9,768 nucleotides of DNA from Candidatus Wukongarchaeum yapensis (lineage in GTDB: Archaea; Asgardarchaeota; Wukongarchaeia; Wukongarchaeales; Wukongarchaeaceae): assembly GCA_016840425.1 (NCBI GenBank), contig JAEOSI010000068.1, forward strand, positions 1-9,768, in the 5' to 3' direction. Of this stretch, positions 6,102 to 9,768 are shown in pieces; within the stretch, counting starts at the first letter, position 1, and every line of letters starts with the position of its first letter. The position numbers and the translations under genes are program-made. Below the pieces are notes generated by a model. It was given only the letters and a program-made list of their open reading frames with translations, was not told the DNA's origin and did not search any database.

Positions 6102-7406
6102 TTAGCGGAGGAGATAGTAGTACTTGATAAGAGCGTAATAAAGTGGTATATTGAAGGCTGCAACACCTATTGCGTATCCAAGATAGTAAACACCGGTAGG
6201 AGATAATTCAAAATAATTCTTGTAAGTCAATTGTGCAAGGATTAATGTTGCAGGAATTAGCCACGATGCAATGAATAGTTTTATACTGAAAAGTTTGTGG
6301 GGATTAATCTTGCTATAAAGGGTCGAATACCAGGCTACAAGCATGCCTAACCAAGGCATAGAATACATGAAATATTGAGGCAAAGCTGTCATACTTAAAG
6401 CAATAAAGCCCATGGTCCATAAAAAGGCGAGGAAAACAAATTCAATATCTTTTAACACATCTTTATTACTAATAAACTTCTTTGTAACAATAATAAGAAA
6501 ACTTATCTTTAGTAAATATTCGAGTGGCGTTAATTGGTGAACTAGTGTAAGATCATAATTTTTCCAATATCTATTCTTTGGAACACTTCCTACTGAATCT
6601 GGATAATAATGAGAAAATAGGTGAGCAAAGTAACCGTATACAGTCACACGAGGCCTTGCAACCCTAGCAAAAGTTAAACTATAATGAACGAAATTATTAA
6701 AATCTAAGATCCAGAATGGAAAGGTTACAATTACACAAAAACTTATTACAATAGCGAGATAATGCATTAGGGGTTTATTGGACAAGAATCCCCAGTAAGA
6801 ACTTGTATGTTCTGTTTTTGTTTTTTTCCAAATCTGGATCAAATATGGCACGAGAACTAAAGCAGCTACATATTTGAACATGACGCTAACGGCTAAAAAA
6901 AGAGCTGATGTTTTCAATTTGTCCTTTTGCAGGAAATAGAAAGATAGAAGAATAAAAAATAGTGGGACAGCATCAAAATGGCCCCAACTCATCGAATTAA
7001 TTATATCAAGAGGGTTCACTGCGAGGAACAGAGCTGCAATGATAGCTTCACGCTGCGAGAATATGTTTCTTGCAATGATATATATAACTAATATATTTAG
7101 CATTGAAAAAATGAAAATAAAAGCTTTCACACCATCAACACTGGGGTCTCTTCCAATTAATTTGAACCAAAGTGCTAGAGTGTAAGACCATAAGGGCGGA
7201 TGGATGTCTCTGAAATCACGATAGGGAACTTCACCATCTAAAATAGCGTTAGCTCTTCCTACATAAAGTCGAACATCCGTCGTTTCTGTTTCCAATACCG
7301 AGTAAAAAAAGAATGGTATTCTTAAAAGGAATCCTGTAATAAAGATAATGATGAAGTATTTATGAGCATTGATAACTTCACGGAGATTATTCTTAAAAGA
7401 TATCAT
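6102..7406 (-). CDS. Multi-pass membrane GT-C glycosyltransferase, GT87 / PIG-M-like, copy 2
   Basis: Motifs TDVRLY...ILDGEVPYRDFRDIHPPLW, AVNPLDI, WGHFDAVP, VSVMFKY and ALPQYF follow the PIG-M/GT87 order (D..Y, G..PY, P, NP, G..D, K, QYF). Confidence 0.85.
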   Translation of the reverse strand: MISFKNNLREVINAHKYFIIIFITGFLLRIPFFFYSVLETETTDVRLYVGRANAILDGEVPYRDFRDIHPPLWSYTLALWFKLIGRDPSVDGVKAFIFIFSMLNILVIYIIARNIFSQREAIIAALFLAVNPLDIINSMSWGHFDAVPLFFILLSFYFLQKDKLKTSALFLAVSVMFKYVAALVLVPYLIQIWKKTKTEHTSSYWGFLSNKPLMHYLAIVISFCVIVTFPFWILDFNNFVHYSLTFARVARPRVTVYGYFAHLFSHYYPDSVGSVPKNRYWKNYDLTLVHQLTPLEYLLKISFLIIVTKKFISNKDVLKDIEFVFLAFLWTMGFIALSMTALPQYFMYSMPWLGMLVAWYSTLYSKINPHKLFSIKLFIASWLIPATLILAQLTYKNYFELSPTGVYYLGYAIGVAAFNIPLYYALIKYYYLLR

Positions 7407-7506
7407 GAGGCGTTCTAGACTCCTTTTGGATTATTACGCTGATTCTCGGCGAAATGTACGCATCAATATTGTTTGTTTAGGGATTCTTCTGTTTATTAAG
7501 GAGATA

Positions 7507-8838
7507 TTAAAAGTTTTTTTGTGCTAAAATATCTAGTTTTGAGTAATATTTAAAAAACGTATAGAATAGCGGAATATCCAAAGATAAAACACCAAAAGCA
7601 TATACAATGTAAAAGGTACTCTTTGGATACAGGTAAAAGTGATTCCAACGGCACAAGTATGCAAAGACTATTGCTGCGGGAACGATCAAAGATGCTATTA
7701 TTACCATGTCAAAAATTTTGTTAATATTAATTTGAGTTATATATCGAGCTACTAGTATACCTAGCCAAGGCATTAAATGCTCAAAGTAAGGTGGATTAGC
7801 AGAAATACTAAGCGAAATATATAGAGCTGACCAGAGAAATGCTAAGTATACAAACGTTATATTATCCAAACCTTCTCTTTTACTAAGAACTTTTTTCGTT
7901 ATAATTAAAAGGAATCCTAATATAATTATGAAAGCTATTCTGCCTAATTCAAATATCCAATCAGATCCTGGATGATAGTAATTATAGGCATGAGCTATAA
8001 ATCCGTATATACTTATTCGAGCTTTCAGATCCCGAGCAAATAGTGTTGTGTAAGAATAGTAATTGTCCCAAGCCATAATGATGAATGGTAAAGCTATAGC
8101 AAAACAGAAACCTATAACCGTTAAGAAGTAAGCCCATACAATCTTATTACGTAAAAAGCTAAGACTATTCTTTGAGCTTTCTTTCTCGCTATTTTTCCAG
8201 ACGTATATGAGGTAAGGGACGAAAATTAGGGCAGTAATATACTTGAACATAATACCTATACCTAGGATTAAGGCTGATAATTTCCACCTCCATTTTTGCA
8301 AGAAATAAAAGGAAAGAAGGGCGAAAAATAGGGGAACGGCATCATACCTTATAAACATCATTGAACTAAAAATATCTAGGGGATTTACAGCAAAGAACAA
8401 AGCTGCGATAATGCCTTCACGTTGTGAGAACAAGTTCTTAGCCAGTAAGTAAATAATAAGAATGTCTAACATGCAAAAGATAAAAATGAAAGCCCTCACC
8501 CCGTTCTGACTAGGATCCTGACCGATCAATTTAAACCAAGCAGCTAAAGAGTAAGACCACAAGGGAGGCTGAATATCCCAGAAATCACGATAAGGAACTT
8601 TTCCCTCAAGTATGGACTTAGATCGACGAACATAGAGTTTGACATCTCCACGATAACGACCCATTGAGGAAGGAGGGAAAAGAATAAAAGGTATTCGTAA
8701 TAAGAAACCGATGGCAAAAACTAGGACAAAGTATTTATGGATTTTTAACGTTTTTTTAAAACCGCTCAAAACAGTAGATGAACTGAGTGGATTAGGAAGA
8801 CGGGTTGTTTTTTCTGCTATTTCCTGCGATTTCGCCAT
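7507..8838 (-). CDS. Multi-pass membrane GT-C glycosyltransferase, GT87 / PIG-M-like, copy 3 (close paralog of copy 2)
   Basis: Motifs GDVKLY...ILEGKVPYRDFWDIQPPLW, AVNPLDI, FIRYDAVP, IGIMFKY and NPPYF. A hand alignment with copy 2 gives 68 of 92 identities, without gaps, from the loop-1 Asp to NPLDI. Confidence 0.85.
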   Translation of the reverse strand: MAKSQEIAEKTTRLPNPLSSSTVLSGFKKTLKIHKYFVLVFAIGFLLRIPFILFPPSSMGRYRGDVKLYVRRSKSILEGKVPYRDFWDIQPPLWSYSLAAWFKLIGQDPSQNGVRAFIFIFCMLDILIIYLLAKNLFSQREGIIAALFFAVNPLDIFSSMMFIRYDAVPLFFALLSFYFLQKWRWKLSALILGIGIMFKYITALIFVPYLIYVWKNSEKESSKNSLSFLRNKIVWAYFLTVIGFCFAIALPFIIMAWDNYYSYTTLFARDLKARISIYGFIAHAYNYYHPGSDWIFELGRIAFIIILGFLLIITKKVLSKREGLDNITFVYLAFLWSALYISLSISANPPYFEHLMPWLGILVARYITQININKIFDMVIIASLIVPAAIVFAYLCRWNHFYLYPKSTFYIVYAFGVLSLDIPLFYTFFKYYSKLDILAQKNF

Positions 8839-8924
8839 ATAACTTCCAATCCACCAGTCATTTGGAGCAATTAGTTTAACACAGGTATTAAATTTATCTT
8901 CTTTAGCTCTAATTTCTGGTTTTG

Positions 8925-9768
8925 TTATTTCTGACCCTTTAATTCTTTCGAAAATAGTAAAAATATGAGGGGTATAATGGCTGATGAATATATTATGACT
9001 ACCCCTAAAGCAAAGAGGGGCAAATCTTTAAAGTATTCATATTCCAGCCTGTAAACAAGGAATATCGCCCAATTAGCCATATAAAAGGTGCTCATGTGTA
9101 TTATGAAGGGTTTTTTTCCTGTTTTTATTAAGGATATGGAGAGAGGTAAAAAGACAGCAGGTATAATAAAGTATTGCAGAAGCACGTGTTTATTCAAAAG
9201 AAGGAAGGTAAGATAAAATGTGATTACAAAAACTTCAAGGCAAAACATTCTCCTTTTCTTTAAAGAAAATTTGCAGGAGAATATAAACAAAGCTGTTATA
9301 ATGGTGAGAAATATTGCTTGAATGATAAAGGGGAGATTGTATTCTAAGGATGTATCTCCTGAAATTTCGCTTGCTACTTTCCAAACGCTAAAGCCTCTTG
9401 CACCTATTTCTGTGTGTTCGAAAACGGTATCATCAAAATATTTTTCGCCTGCCAGATAAATAAAGGGAGAGAGGATTATTAAAACGGTTGTTATGGTGAT
9501 TATCATATATTTTACTAGCGATTTTTTTGATTTCATGTTGAGAAGAAAGGGTGGTAAAAAGAGAGCTGAAAAGTAGGTATACATAATTGCTATGCCCATC
9601 GTGATAGCGCTTTTTATCTCTTGTCCATTTTTAAGGGTTAATAAGGAGATCATGAGTAGGGTTGCTGGTATTATGTAATGACGGCCATAGTATGCCGAGT
9701 TAGCAAATATAATAGGGTTTAAAGCAATCATTAAAAGAAAAATCAGCAAAGAAAGCTTGTTTGGTGCT
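8925..9768 (-). CDS. Multi-pass membrane GT-C fold protein, GT87 / PIG-M-like, copy 4 (5'-truncated by window; divergent)
   Basis: The frame stays open past the track's TTG at 9749 to the window edge (APNKLS-LLIFLL), so the true start lies outside. ALNPII...YGRHY...GIAIMYTYF aligns without gaps to the paralogs. LLNKHVLLQYF resembles the PIG-M NK....QYF motif. Confidence 0.75.
   Translation of the reverse strand, partial: APNKLSLLIFLLMIALNPIIFANSAYYGRHYIIPATLLMISLLTLKNGQEIKSAITMGIAIMYTYFSALFLPPFLLNMKSKKSLVKYMIITITTVLIILSPFIYLAGEKYFDDTVFEHTEIGARGFSVWKVASEISGDTSLEYNLPFIIQAIFLTIITALFIFSCKFSLKKRRMFCLEVFVITFYLTFLLLNKHVLLQYFIIPAVFLPLSISLIKTGKKPFIIHMSTFYMANWAIFLVYRLEYEYFKDLPLFALGVVIIYSSAIIPLIFLLFSKELKGQK

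Noticed and set aside
7393-7402. TTAAAAGATA match to the tandem-repeat core at the start of GT-C copy 2
   Set aside because: It is a 10-bp AT-rich match inside coding sequence (ISFK codons), and similar words occur elsewhere in coding regions.
1-9768. tRNA, rRNA, IS element, integrase or defence-system genes
   Set aside because: The largest intergenic gap is 157 bp and none shows a cloverleaf or terminal inverted repeats. No transposase, integrase or known defence motifs were recognised in any frame.

Overview
AT-rich, gene-dense archaeal window with ten coding regions. I found no RNA gene, CRISPR array or mobile element. From left to right: the 3' end of an archaeal riboflavin-pathway pyrimidine reductase (ArfC/RibD_C); a minus-strand run of a GTPBP1/2-type translational GTPase, a creatininase-family amidohydrolase and a Cys-rich DUF2284-like protein; a divergent intergenic region holding a near-perfect 40-bp tandem duplication; an unassigned charged protein with three internal ~43-48 aa repeats; a HAD-IIA phosphatase; and four adjacent multi-pass membrane GT-C glycosyltransferases (GT87/PIG-M-like), the last cut by the window edge. 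The GTPase, HAD and GT-C proteins resemble eukaryotic GTPBP2, Pho13/PGP and PIG-M as I recall those sequences, which suggests but does not prove an Asgard-type archaeon. The best leads are (1) the four-gene PIG-M/GT87-like cluster, with one member lacking two otherwise invariant residues, (2) an intact Schlafen-type ExxxxExK motif in the GTPase N-terminal domain, and (3) the repeat protein with its duplicated upstream element. All family calls come from motif recognition by eye; no database searches were run.
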